Source: Lama guanicoe (Eukaryota). Taken from it: a stretch of 64,000 nucleotides of DNA. The stretch covers positions 2,143,345-2,207,344 of the forward strand of contig MU054400.1 of the NCBI GenBank assembly GCA_013239625.1. The letters are read 5' to 3'. This document shows positions 49,990-63,199 of the stretch, one piece after another. How positions within the stretch are numbered: position 1 is the first letter of the stretch; each line of letters begins with the position of its first letter. The position numbers and the translations under genes are program-made. Under the pieces are notes generated by a model. The model was not told the origin of the DNA and did not search any database. It saw nothing but the letters and a program-made list of their open reading frames with translations.

Positions 49990-51699
49990 CTAGATATAAT
50001 ACAATAGAAGCCACTCATTGTAAATGTAGTATAACTTGGCCTTTGTCATATACTAAGACTGTACAATGCTACTTGAGTCTAATAGACATTACCATTCTTT
50101 TACTAAATGTTAAGAAAATGTTTGAGTGCTTGCTATGCCACACAATGCATGGTGTGTTTACAGAGATACATATAACATATAATCATTGAATCCTCACAGT
50201 AAATCCTGGGTAGTAAAATGGAAGAGGCAGAAGCTTAGGTGAATTATGAAACACCCCAAGGTCATAAGCAAATGTTAAGTCGTCAAGGAATACACTAGAA
50301 CAAAGCCTCAGCCCACAGGTTTGGCAGTATTGTCATCTATCTCCCTCCATGGCTCCTAAAGCGCGTATTATGTGTCAGTGAGATCTGCAGGCGTCCTTCA
50401 AGGATCTATCAAAACAATATATTGCTAAGAGGGAAAGAAGAAATAGATTTAGAACAATCTATTAAGAACCAGAAATCAGAGGAGAGTCTCTAGGGAAAAA
50501 TCACAGTATGACATAAGAAAAAGTAGTGAGGATTTAAGGACATGAAACATTTCATAACATTCTTATGAGATATCTAATAGGAAAGTGTAGGTATCAAAAA
50601 TGGTGGCAGCATAATCTTTCTTTCATACACTGGAGAAGACTTTCTTTATAGGAAAAAAAAATCTGATGAATTCCTGTCAGAAAACCTAGCAGTTCTCTGA
50701 ACTATCCAAATAACATCTTAACTGGGGGGAATCCAAATCTCTGGTAAGAAGTTATTTTGGTCGTGGTACGACTTGGATGTATATTTCTGTATACCTGTAC
50801 TTGTGATGGAGCCCACCTCAACTTTAAGTTCCTCGTGGACAGATGGTCTTGTCCATACTCACATCCTCATTGCCTACCACAGTACATATCACATAGTTTA
50901 AACTCAGTATCTGCTGAGTGAGTTAATAAAGGGGGAAGAGAAAAACTTTTTCATATGTCTTGGGTACATGACCCAAGTATATCTCTCCACTTTTCCCCCT
51001 AGCATTTCAAAGGAAAATAGTGTTCATATTTCTGATCTACCTAAAGAACAGTTAGAGTGACTTCTGGAACTCCTTTTTTGGAATTCAAGGAAAGGTATGT
51101 AATAACCTATTCCAAGGGAGGCTGAATAACACTTATTTTTAAAACGCTATTTTATAAAATTTCCTAAAAGAGCTATTTTGAACAAAAAAGTTCAATAGCA
51201 ATTTTATTTCTCTGTGCAATCACTAACCATCAAGAATTTGATGATCTGATAATCATTCCATAAGGAAGAAAGTAAGATTCACCTTTTTAAGAAAAACAAA
51301 CTTAAATCTTGAAAGGAACTTAGATGAATAAAAAGAACCAGAAAATAAAAGTGAATTTTCCAAAGAACATATTTGATTTTTGAATGCATACTGCTATTAT
51401 ATTCTACCAAAAACAAATGTGGAAAGAGTTAGCTTTTATGTATGGCTGAGAACAATTGGTACAAATTCAGTCTCTCTAGTTTCGGATCTAACTTAAAGAA
51501 GCACTGAGATAGTATAAGGCAGTATGACTACAGAACCCCGAGGACAGCCCTCTCTAGTAGGGCTGCAGCATATAAATATTTGTGGTTCCATCTAATCCAG
51601 CAATAGGTTGTAGGCTGACAAGATGAGTGGCAATGGGAAACTGTCCTGGGATGAAAAATTTGCCACAACTCAAACCATACATTATGAAGAGTTGACTGT

Positions 51700-51860
51700 G
51701 CTTTGTCACTGCTTTTCAGATGTGCACCAGGGATCTTGTTAAAACGCAGACTTCTAGTTCAGCAGGTCTGGGTGGGGCCTGAGGCCCTGCATTTCTAACA
51801 GGCTCCTAAGTGATGCTGTTGCTGCTGGTAAAGAGACCACGCTGAGAATAACAAGGATCT
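51700..51860. mobile_element. MER5-family hAT MITE
   Basis: gatcttgttaaaacgcagac...caggtctgggtggggcctgag...tgcatttctaacagg. Confidence 0.75.
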
Positions 51861-54159
51861 AAAGCAGTGGTCTCCACACATTTTAGATCACACATTCCCA
51901 TCAGTAAAAGGAAACAAAACAAAAACAACTTTTGAGCAAGCACTGAATGTATTTCTTTATAAATTACATGTATTTTCCAGTGCTAAAACATGAAATTAAA
52001 AGTTTAAGAGATGAAATAAACATAGATTAATAGTTCATATATGTTCTTCCTATACTCCACTTATTAGGCAACTTCCCTGCATTATTAGAAAAATGGAGTT
52101 AGAATATTTTATTTTTCTTTAATTTTAGCTTCTGGATTTTACCCCCAAAAAGGTGATTTGTGTATATTAAATTGTTCATAATCCTGTACTCATATAGTGA
52201 TCTAAAGTCTTTCTGTCACTTCCCATGAAGTAATACAATTAGAAAAAGTATTCTGATTTATTGTGGAAAGAAAAAATAATTCTAAGCAAGTTTAAAGCCA
52301 CTAAAACAGGGAGCCATTCCACTTAGATTTTACTCATGTCTTGTGTCACATCAGAATCTCATGTTCCCAATCACCTGCAATTAGCAGATCTACTTGGTAC
52401 TATTAATCTTGGCTAAAAACAGTGGTGAGAGCAGATCCCATTTCAGAGCTATACTAAGAAGAACCAACCACGTGGAAGAGGGTGCACAGAAGATCACATG
52501 ACTAAATGGAACCCCACCAACGGGAGGAGGCTCGTCCTTCCCTCAAACCAATCCAGGGTTGCTGTCAAATAGGTATCATGCATGGTGCTACATTTCACCA
52601 CAAAACACTGTATGTTTTCAGTTACAGAATTTCTCATGAAATAGAAACTTAAACATTTCTTAAAGATGAGAATGGGCCCTCTATCCTTCCGTGAACATAG
52701 TTTGCTCATTCCCATCTCTATGCCTTATTTAACAGTGTTCTATCTAAAATGGACTTCTTTCTTAGGTCTACCAATACATACCATGTTTTTCATAATCCAG
52801 CTCAAGATTCTGATCCACCAAGGTTGCCTTAATTGAGTCTTCCCCCAAATGATCACTGCATTGCTTTGTATAAATAATGTAGTAAGTATAGCTTTATTAC
52901 ATTACCTGTAAGTTGCTTTTTTATATTCTTCAAGGTTTAGAGTTTTCTCATCTTTCTGTCTCTATTCCTCAGATGGAGTATGAGTTCTCAAGAGAAGCAT
53001 AATGTTTTCTACTTTGTTTCTCCCACAGGACCCAATAACTGACCTGGGTGGGCAAGAATTCCTAAAATATTCATATGTTTTGCTTTTCTTAGGCCCTGAG
53101 ACCTACAAATCTGCAAGCCTGGGACACCGATTTAACCACCTCGGGAGGACAACCTGATTCTGTGATCCTCTGCAAAGCTACCCAAGTTAAGTTATAAAGC
53201 AGGGCAGTGGAACCTTATGTCACATGGCCCCAATCAAGTCTGTCTTTAAATCCTTTCATCAACTCAATGAACAATAATCTAATATCATGAAATCCTTTCC
53301 CCTGTTCTTCTTAACCAAACCCCTTGACTACTTACACGTGCCCCAGTCTAAATCACAAGATTCAGTGAGGTGCATGATTCCCAGCTTCTTACTTTTCTCT
53401 TAGCAATTTCCCTTGCTTTGGTAATGACAGGAGATCAACTATAAATATTTGAGGAGAAAATCCAGGCTCAAAAGTTCATCTCTGTCTGATAAAGTAAGGT
53501 ATAAATACTACTGCCAACTGAAGTAAAATTTTTAAAGCAGACAAAGTCTGGGACAATTTGTAGCCATTAATGAAACATCTTTCACATAGTTTAAAAAAAA
53601 AAAGGTGAAAGAAGCCATATGCTCCCCTAAATGAAAACTCCAACTGAAAGATATTTTTATTGGGGTTTGAATCTTATGCATCTGCTTGGCTGGGACATAG
53701 TGTGAAATGTGCTCAACATGCTCCTGAACTTTCCGGAAGAATTAACCCATAATGCTGGAGGCATCCATTATAGGTGATGAATTACCTAATACCATTCAAG
53801 AAAGATGCACAGAGAGAAGGTAGGTCCCCTCTTTGGAAGAAATGAGAAAAAGAGTCCCTCAAATCATTTTCTGTGTTCTGTGATTTCAGATGAGAAACCC
53901 CAGCTGAGAAAGGTCACACTCAAGGGAAGGGTTAGTCTCCCAATCCTGGGCAGTGCCAGGGAGAGGCCGTGTTCACAGACCTCCACGTGAGAACTTACGG
54001 TGCCAAACAGGTGCCAGGTAAACTCATTACATCTGACAAAGTCTCAAGGAAACGAAGTTGACCAGATTTGTCATTTTTATGTTTAAGTAACAAGGATGGA
54101 GGGAATCATCCAAGTGATCCATCATACAGCACCTCCAGTTCCAAAGAATACTGACTTAC

Positions 54160-54375
54160 TTCCGGTGATAACACGCTACCATTTTTAAGTTTCTCATCCA
54201 CGCTGTCTCTTCGTCTCTGCAGCTGATCCTTTTCTTTCTGGAGGGCTTGAACTTGTTCTGAAATCTTTATTTTCTCCTCAGCTGTGCTGCTCTGGAGCTG
54301 TACATTCTTTTCAGACAACTCTTGGTCCAACAAGTTCAGGCGAGTTGCTATTTTCAAACTGTCTGTGTTTAAAGC
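54160..54375 (-). CDS. KIF27: KIF27 coding exon (216 nt; ALNTDSLKIATRLNLLDQELSEK...KLKNGSVLSPE)
   Basis: ctattttag acceptor, GAA|gtaagt donor, phase 0-0. Confidence 0.95.
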
Positions 54376-54869
54376 CTAAAATAGACAACCAATCAGACAT
54401 GGCAAAGACAGTTACTAGAAGTCCAGGCTGTAAATAAATTAGGAAAAACACAGAGAAAATTACATGAATATATTTTTAGCTTCTACATTATTGTTTTCTC
54501 CCATGGATTTTTGGCGGGGAGGGGCTTCATTTTCTAAAATCTTGAGTTGAATGCCTTTTTTAAAAAAAAAATGGAGATTCAAACAATGAATTTAATACCA
54601 AGTGTACTTGGCCATACTTGACCGGACTATACAACACAGGTTTTGAGATGCAGTATTTTTCTTTTTTACTATTTTCTAAATTAAATTTTTCTTCCTTGGC
54701 CTATTACATGGTAGAATTAATTATGTTAACATTTCCTAGAGGTTGACATTTCATTTGTTGTTTAAACATTTAATTTGTCTCTACACTTATTTCATTCTGT
54801 TGGATTAATAGAGATGGCCAGTTAGATACATAGAGATCTTCATTATGACCCACTTTAAGATAATCTTAA

Positions 54870-56990
54870 AAAGTTTTTCATCAAAGTAATTATAAGTATA
54901 TACCATCGTATATAGTATTTTTTTTAAAAAAGCAGCCTTCCTTTCACCTGAGTCCTGCTCCCTAGAATCAACCATCTTCAGCCTATTAAGCTATTTCTTC
55001 TGGTGTTTATGTCCATTATTGTAAATAACATTACCAATTTAAGACATTGTCTGCTGACTGTCTATTAATGGAAAATAAGGATTTAGCACACTTATGCCCC
55101 CTCTTCTATACTTCCCCTCCCTCTATTCTCCAAACATAAGTTAAATTACAGTTTTTAGTAAAATCAATATTCGGTTTACATGACTTTGTAAACATTATTC
55201 AAAACTGAACATAGCATAAAATGACCATATTTCCATCTGAAACAACTTTTTTGGTAACTTATAACTAATTCTTCTCCAACAGAACTATTAAATTCCTTTC
55301 AACATTATTTTTTCAATTGATCAAAACTTAAATTAGGAAATCTCATTCCATTCTTTTCTGGAAATGTTTTGCCTGGAGTCTCCATCCTCCTGCTCCAAAC
55401 TAGATTAGCTGTTTCTGGACTACCTTTGGCATTATTTTAAAATTTCCTACGTTAGATCACATTTTTAGGATCCTGAGTCTTCCTTTTCCATAGTTATGCC
55501 CACCTCTTTAAGGAGCACATCTTCTGGCAGTTTCCTGAGGCAGGCTAGGTAGTAGATAATATTTTCTCCTGAAAATGTCCTTATTCTACCTTCACATTTG
55601 ATTTGATAGTTGGGCTAAAAAGTGAATCCTTGATTGGAAACAATTTCCTTACGATTTTAAAGACTGCTTCAGGTCTTTTAACTTCTAATGAAGAAGGCTT
55701 CTGAGAAGTCCAGTGCCATTCTGATTCTTGAGATTTACAAGTGGCTAGTGTTTTCTATCTGGAAGCTTTCAGGATCCTTTTTTTTCCTTCGTGTACTCAC
55801 AACTTCACAATGATATGCTTTTGGCACTCATTTTGCTGGGCCCTTGATGAGCTATTTCAACCCAGAGTCTCATATCTTCACTGTTGGCAAATTTTTTGTA
55901 TTAAGTCTTTGATAATCTCCTTTTCTCCTGTTTTCTTTGTTGTATCTTTCTGGAATCCCCATTACTTGGATGATGAACTTTCTGGATATATCTGCTGATT
56001 AAAATTTTTTCCTTCCATGTTTCTATTTATTTACTTTCTGGGATATTTCCTCAACAAGAGTTGGATATCTTCCAACTCTTTTAATTTCCAGAGTTTGTTC
56101 ATGTTTTTAGTAACTTGCAGTTCTTGTTTTATGGATAGAGCATCATCCACCTTGAGGTTTTTTAAGAAGTTTTTTCAGCTCCTTGCTCTATCTCTGATTT
56201 CTCTGAGCTCCCTTTTTCCCTTTTGTTTTGGTCTCTGTCTTTAATATTAGTAACATTCCTGAAATATCTATCATACTTAACAGTCAGATATTAAAGTGAT
56301 GATAAGCTGTGTGGTAAGTAAGATGTGTCGTAATAGGGTATCTGGGATCTGGCCACTTAGTTGGGGGCTCCCAAATATTACTTTTGTTTTGTTTTTTTCT
56401 ACAAAAAGTGTAATCAAATTTAAGTTTTTTAAGGTCTTTTTTCCAGGACTGTTTCAGAAAAATCTACCAAAGTCCTGCTGGGAAGTATAAATCTGGCTGC
56501 TAGCATTCTGGGATCCAAGTAAGGGTTAGGGAATGGACCTAACCCTAATGAATCTCAGGATTCATATGTAAACTTTCACTTATTCCCTGTTTAAATTATT
56601 TAGACTTACCCCAGCCCTCTGCTGTGCCTCGTTCAATCTTCCGAAAATAAACCATCTAGCCAGTCCCAGAGTGAGAAAAGCATGGTTTCCTGACTATGCC
56701 CTGTTTTCATCCTTATGCCTCAACTTTTGCTTTCTGAAAATCTTGGTCCCTTCATTCCTAGTGTTTTTCATGTTCGATGTGAATTATCTCTTGTAAAGCT
56801 GTTATTAAAAAAAAAAAGGTAAAGCTAAAGGCTTGGCTCTCATTGGTGTCCCTCTTGCAGGCACTTGATTTCAGCTTCCTCTGTTCTGCTGTGTCAGTAA
56901 CCACTCATCTATCTGCTTTCCATCTTACATTTTTGGGTAACTTTTGTCCTCTGTTGTCTCCCCTACTGTTTTTTCCCGTTATGGGTTTAT
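54870..56990 (-). mobile_element. Long, very old antisense L1ME-type fragment
   Basis: T-rich antisense L1 motifs (ctgagaagtccagtgccattctgattc, ctgaaaatgtccttattctaccttcaca). Confidence 0.55.
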
Positions 56991-57007
56991 AGGTTGTTGT
57001 TTTTTTT

Positions 57008-57370
57008 GAGTAATAGCTTTATTGAAATATAATTGACATACTATACAATTCACCTATTTAAAGTGTATAATTTAATGGTTTTTAGTACATTTGCAGAGTT
57101 GTGCAACTATCACCACAAATAATTCTGGAATATTTTCATCAGCCCCAAACAAAAAACCCATGCCCACTAGCAGTCTTTCCATTCCCTTGCCAAGCCCCCA
57201 CCCAGTCCTGAGTAACCACTATTCTACTTTCTGTCTCTGTGGGATTGCCTACTGTGACTAGCTTCTTCCACTTAACATTTTCAGGGTTCATCCATGTTGC
57301 ATCATGTATCAGTGTTTCTTCTCTTTCTATTGCTGAATAATATTCCATTGTATGGATGTACTTCATTTCA
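57008..57370 (-). mobile_element. L1MB-like 3'UTR
   Basis: aatagctttattgaaatataattgacatac...ggttcatccatgttg...gctgaataatattccattgtatggat. Confidence 0.85.
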
Positions 57371-57689
57371 TTGTGAATGTATTAATACATTATATACTTT
57401 AAAATGGTCAAAATGGTAAATTTTATGTTACATTTGTTATACAATGATTTTTAAAACACAAAAAAGTTAATAATAAATCATACTTGGCAGAACATTGAAC
57501 ATTTTACTTCAAAATTGCAATAGATTTTTGTAATGGTTATTAAATAAGTGCTAATAAGCAAAATACAGTGGAAACCAGCAGTTTTCTTTTGGTTTCTAAC
57601 TTCACAGGGGTATGATTTACTTCATAGAGGAAAAAAATTCTAGTTTATATGGCTAAAACCAGAATCAGAGAGCACATTAAATAGCATAC

Positions 57690-57866
57690 CTGACTAGATC
57701 GCAACTTCTTATTTTCCAGGTGACTCTTCTCCTGTAACAGGGCCTCCTTCTTAGAAACTATGGCCTCCCGTTTCTTTAAGTCTTCTTCCAGCATCTCTAA
57801 TTCTTGGCGTTGGTTCAGAACTTTCTCTACTTCTTCATCTAACCATTTCTTTTGCTTATCCAGTTT
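57690..57866 (-). CDS. KIF27: KIF27 coding exon (177 nt; [24 protein letters not shown]...[10 protein letters not shown])
   Basis: ttttaatgtag acceptor, CAG|gtatgc donor, phase 0-0. Absent from the ORF track but open when read by hand. Confidence 0.95.
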
Positions 57867-57957
57867 CTACATTAAAATTCCAAAGAAATGTTATCATTTG
57901 TTTTTCTTCTGCCGTAAAATTTATATGGTAATAACATAATTTCAGATTGGCTAAAAC

Positions 57958-58035
57958 ACCTTAAATGAACATTTAAAAACTATCTAGAAGACCTTAAATG
58001 AACATTTAAAAACTATCTAGAAGACCTTAAATGAA
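57958..58035. repeat. Perfect 33-bp tandem duplication (2 copies plus 12 bp)
   Basis: accttaaatgaacatttaaaaactatctagaag at 57958-57990 and 57991-58023, then accttaaatgaa. Confidence 0.97.
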
Positions 58036-58199
58036 TAATAGGAATAACAAAATGGTGTCTGTCCAAAACTGTTAAAAAATATGTGGTTCTAAGTTAACAT
58101 CTTTCTGTGTTTGTTTTATAAGGAATTAAAATTTATTTCCCAAATATGTTTGAGTCTGGGATTTTTCAGGGTGACAGTTTTCTTTACATATATTGACAG

Positions 58200-58460
58200 T
58201 TAGTACAGACAACATGCTGGAAATCTTCTCCCTGTTGGAGAGGTGCACACCTCCGTCACAGCACTAGCACTGCGGGTTGCTCTGCAGTCTGTCTCCCCTG
58301 CTTGAGCCCCCTGACTGACTGCAGGCACTGTGCTTTTCACCTCTCTATCCCCAGTGCCTGCTTTACTGCCTGGCCCGTGATTAGCCTTCAATGAAATGTT
58401 AAATGAATGACTCAATGACTGCCTGAGTCAATCAATTAACCAATGAAGTGAATAAATGAA
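58200..58460 (+). mobile_element. L2 3' terminus
   Basis: gcaggcactgtgcttttcacctctctatccccagtgcctg...aatgttaaatgaatgact. Confidence 0.65.
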
Positions 58461-60518
58461 TACACGTAGTTGAAGGCATAGATGATGGAGCATGGAAAGC
58501 CACTCTGCAGTGTCGCCTGTTAACATCAAATAATTATAAAACAAATAGAGCTGGAAAGATTTCCAAAACAAGCATCTTAGTATTCTCTTGAGTTAAGGCT
58601 ACCCATTGAAATAAGCACAAACAAAAATATGAATGGAAGGACTATTCAAGATGAACTCTACCAAGTACCCCTCTGCACTGTGGACAACAGTAATGTAGCA
58701 AAGTCACCTAAATAACAAATAGTAGAACAATTCAATATAGTACTATTTTCCAGTTCTTCTCAAACTTAATAAAAATGGTTCCTAGAAATCTATATTAAGA
58801 CAATGAGACACTAAATATGTATGAGAAAAAAAGAGCAAATTGGCCACAACAAAGTAGGTCCAGAGCTATGCAGTCTTCCATCCAGACCTAAATAGTATGG
58901 TCCTATAAACAACAGCACATCCAGATAATATGGAAGCCTAAAAGAGTGTATCTACAATTATCAAGAACAGGAAAGATATCCTAGAGCAACTATAAAAATG
59001 CTTTAGTTTTGTTATGTCCACCTATACCTTAGAAACTCCACACATGAGACCCTACGAAGTCTAGCAATTAACTTAAACATAGTCTACAAACATGTCTTGA
59101 TTGTGAGTGGGGTTTGAAAGATAAATAATAAATCTTTTGTAAGTTCCATTCCAACAGGAGAGAAACCCCCAAAACTACGATCGCTGATAAGAAATGCTGT
59201 AAACAGCTAACTCCTAGGTACCATGTAAGCAAAAATGGAGAGAGATTCGTTCTGCCTGGGAAATGGAAGAAATATGAGTGCCAGCCTCACAGAGTAGTTA
59301 ACATTTTAGCTGTGCTTTGAAGAATGGGTAGGAGTCCGCTAACATATTATAGGGTTTTTATGGAAACAATAATAAATGAATGAATTTGCCTGCATTTAAT
59401 AGTAATAAAGGTTATAATTAGTGCAATTCACTGTATCTTACTAATATAAGTTTTCTTAAAATTTCTTAATTTGTCTTTTCTCTTTTTATAGTAAATATTC
59501 CTACAACACAGTTCCAATTTTAAATACTTTCTTCTTATAAAGGGGCTTCATATCAAATCAATGTCCTATTATGAACTCTTTGGATATTCACATTGATTGA
59601 TTTATATTCGTATTCTTGTTTAGAGTCCAATTCTGGAAAATGGGTTTTTGTTTTGCACAGTTAAAAAGCATGAAGTTTTTTGTGTGTTTCAGTATTATTT
59701 TTAACCCAACACAGTCAGTGCAAGCGGCAGAATCTATTATCGTTTTCATTTAAAATTTAGATCCTTAATTTTGAAAAACAGGTCTCACTATTCTTTGCAT
59801 TCCTACCTCTCCTACTCCCTCACACCCCTTTTCCAGCCAGAAACATTATCATCGAGCAGCTTGGACTGTTCTAGAGAGAGCTCTTTAACCAATTTCTAAA
59901 ATACACTAGTAAAATAACCGGGAATACATCCATGTCCTAAATTTTACTATTAAAATGTAATATATAAAGTTTAAGAAGAGAGAGCAAATAAAATTTTCAG
60001 AATTAAGGTGACATACTTGCATTTGAGTGTAATTACAGTTTTAATTGCAGTAATTTTTCTAGACTGTCATTCTGAATTGACATAAAATTAAAGTTTTCAA
60101 TTTTGATATTAGTTTATGGATTTCATTTTTTTTAATGTGTCACTAAAATGATAGCTTTTTAATATATTATATATGGCACATATACAATTTGGTTATGTTT
60201 AAATAGAGAGCTCTTATTTGTAGAAATGAATGTTTCCAGGGGGATAAACCAGCCTTGACATTAAATAAATGTTTAATGTTTATATTCCACAACATTCAAA
60301 TAAGCCCATTTCTACTGAAATAAGAATATAGCACATTTCTGGATAAGAAAGTAATTTTTTAATAACAGAAAGGTTTCAGGTGAAATACTAGAATTTTGCA
60401 GTCAAGTGGCAAAGTCTAGTGTTTGAAGATTTTATTCAGAGTCCACCATTTTTTACCTCTACTTAGACAATTATCAAATTGAACACAAACCAGGAAACAC
60501 TAAATAGAATTGACAAAC

Positions 60519-60629
60519 CTGAAGTTGGTCTAAACTTCCAAATGGGCCTTTTCTCCTCATCTTAAATGCATCAAGGTCCTCAGCTTTCAGTTTTAGACCT
60601 TCTTTCTGTTCTGTTTTTAACTGTAGTTC
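60519..60629 (-). CDS. KIF27: KIF27 coding exon (111 nt; ELQLKTEQKEGLKLKAEDLDAFKMRRKGPFGSLDQLQ). Upstream exons, including the motor domain, lie beyond the right edge.
   Basis: tttctgttttctacag acceptor, CAG|gtttgt donor, phase 0-0; resembles recalled KIF27. Confidence 0.92.
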
Positions 60630-62519
60630 CTGTAGAAAACAGAAATTTAAAACACCTTATTGTTTTTACTACATGGCTATCATTAAATATTTATGCAGAT
60701 AACCATTTTCTTAACATTTACTTTCTTGGTTGCAAAAAGAAAAGAAAATGAGTCAATGAAGGTTGGGGCTATTTGAGAAGAAAATAATCTTAATCCCTCA
60801 CTGAAGCAATAAAGTCTCACAGCCAAAATCAAGACTTACTAACAAAACTAGGTATTTTTTTCCTTCTCTGACAGTTTTACAAATTAGCATAACAGGGGTA
60901 AGAGTCTGAAAAGTTTAAACCTGCTTTCTCTTCTTCCTTTCTGAGTTCGTCACCTTCAGATAGTCCACCCAGAGCACCCATCTGCAATGGGGATATTAGA
61001 ATTTATAACAGTAGAAATATAAAAAGAAAAGTAATATTCAGATCCTGGCATTCAAAAATCAGATTTTACATCATGAGACTAGCCAGCCTTTCAAGACAGA
61101 TCTTGGTCCTGTGAATAGTAGTTTCCAAATTCCCTTAGTTTCCATCCACATCTTAAAAGAGTCAAGTGAAAAGGCCCCATGTGCTCTCCTGGGGTTTAGA
61201 GACAATGCTACTGTCCAGCACCACAGCTTAGCAGGAATCAGGAAGGAGGGCATGAATTCAAAATGGGCTGGTCTGCATTGCTACTTGTACTGGTCCATGA
61301 TGGGTAAGTACAGAAATTCAAAGTGTTTAGAAACTTTTATAACAACTTAACAGAATAATTTTATGTCTGTTGAATCTAACCATTAAAAGATGGACTTCTA
61401 TTGTGTATTTTAATTTTTTATTTCATTTTTCTACTAGTTCTTATTTTACAAAAATATGGGCTGTGACAAATTAATAATAAAATGAAAACTGTACCTTCTC
61501 CATAGGTCACTTCAGAAGTACTGATACAAAGGAAGTAAAAGCAAAGCCAACCATTTTCCAGCCCTGGGAATGGTGGGAAGAAGAAAAGAGACAGTAACGG
61601 ATGTACATCCCAACTTTTCTCTCTCAGAGTCTTGGTCCAGAAAGGGGATGATAAGTAAAGGTATCACTGAGGGCAGAAGGAGAGAATGAAGACTGCAGTG
61701 CAGAGGCCCCATACCCACATGGGTCTGCCCAGCCTCGCTGAAAGAACAGAGAAGTATGATCAGGAGACACTAACTGGACTCCTCAGCCTTTGGTGATGAG
61801 GATTCTGAGTTGAGAACCAATAAGGGTTGGTTATCATGGGAAAGTGACTCCCAGACTGAAGGTAAGGGCAGGCCACTGGGCTAGCAAGCTAGATGGGAGA
61901 CCTAGTTCTCTCGAGAGGGATTTACAATGCCTTTAGGAGATGAGCTGAAGCCAAAGCACCTCCACGCTCTAAGTTGAAAGCGAGACTAAGTTATAAACTA
62001 TAAGCCCTAGGCTTTATCGTCAGGAGCCAGCAGGGAAAGGAGGATGAGAGAGAGCAGATTCCAGCCAGTCATATCCAAGGACCAGCTTAACTCCATACGA
62101 TGCAATGAAAACTACATGCCAGAACATCACACACACTGGACTCTTATATTAGAGAAGCACATGGAGGAAGAGGCCAAAAAACTGAGCAGTCGTATTCAAG
62201 AGAACTGAGAATTGTTTAAGGAATTTGTTTAAACTATCAGAATAAGGCTTGAAAAGACTGGACATCTGGTTGGTTCCGACCACATTTCCAGCAATTACCC
62301 TGACATGGATTGGGCCGGGTAGGGTGGGAGGGTATCATAAAGAACACAGTCTTAGTCCCTGTCATACACAGCAATTTCAGGATGTTGAAACAAAGGCATC
62401 CTATACTTGGAGCTGATGCCCTACTATTCCTATTCTTCCACAAATGCTTTAAAAGTATACTACATTTGGTTTAATCCCCTCTTCTGCTTGTTGCTCTAGG
62501 TATTACTGCCTTTATCTTA

Positions 62520-62700
62520 ATATTAAAGTAACTGTCTACCAGGCACTGTGCTAGCCTTTTTACATCTATTTAATTATCCCACTTAATCCTCACAGCAATC
62601 CTATTGAGACAATACCATTATAAACCCCACTTTATAGATGAGTAAATTGGTGCTTAGAGAACTAGAAAATCCAAGATCATGCTATTACCCACAATTTCAT
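62520..62700 (-). mobile_element. MIR SINE
   Basis: ccaggcactgtgctag...ttaatcctcacagcaatccta...cccactttatagatgagtaaa. Confidence 0.75.
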
Positions 62701-63199
62701 GGATTCTCATACTTTTTCTTTATAGCTCATCCGTGGACTTCAGTTTAGAACTGCTGCTCTAAGAAGAACCTATGCAGAAATCATAGAATTCTCTGGAAAT
62801 GGTTTAGTCAAGGAGAAAATGGACTGTTAGAAAGGATAAGATGTCCTTTAGGATTCTGAGCAAGTTTTCTAGTTTTTGCATGAAGTAGTGGAAACTTCAG
62901 TATATCTTTGGGGCAGACTGTTCCTTTTTCTGGAATACTCATTCTCTCCCTTGAATGGATACAATTCCCTAGAACGGGTACATTTTCCTAGAAGGAACAA
63001 AGCTGCCCAGATAAAGATGTAAAAAGTTAAAGTTACAGGCAGAGGTGCATTTCAGCAGACTATGCACTCTGATCAAAAGAGTTTTTTCTTTTCCCTAAAC
63101 GGATTTAGAGAGTGCTATCTATGTCTTGCTGGTTTAAGCCATGATTCATGAGAGATGAGGAGTTTAGACCCAAAGACCAAAAGACTGACAGGCAGCCTT

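Noticed and set aside
57958..58035. 33-bp direct repeats resembling a CRISPR repeat length
   Set aside because: No spacers, only two copies, and located in a mammalian intron.
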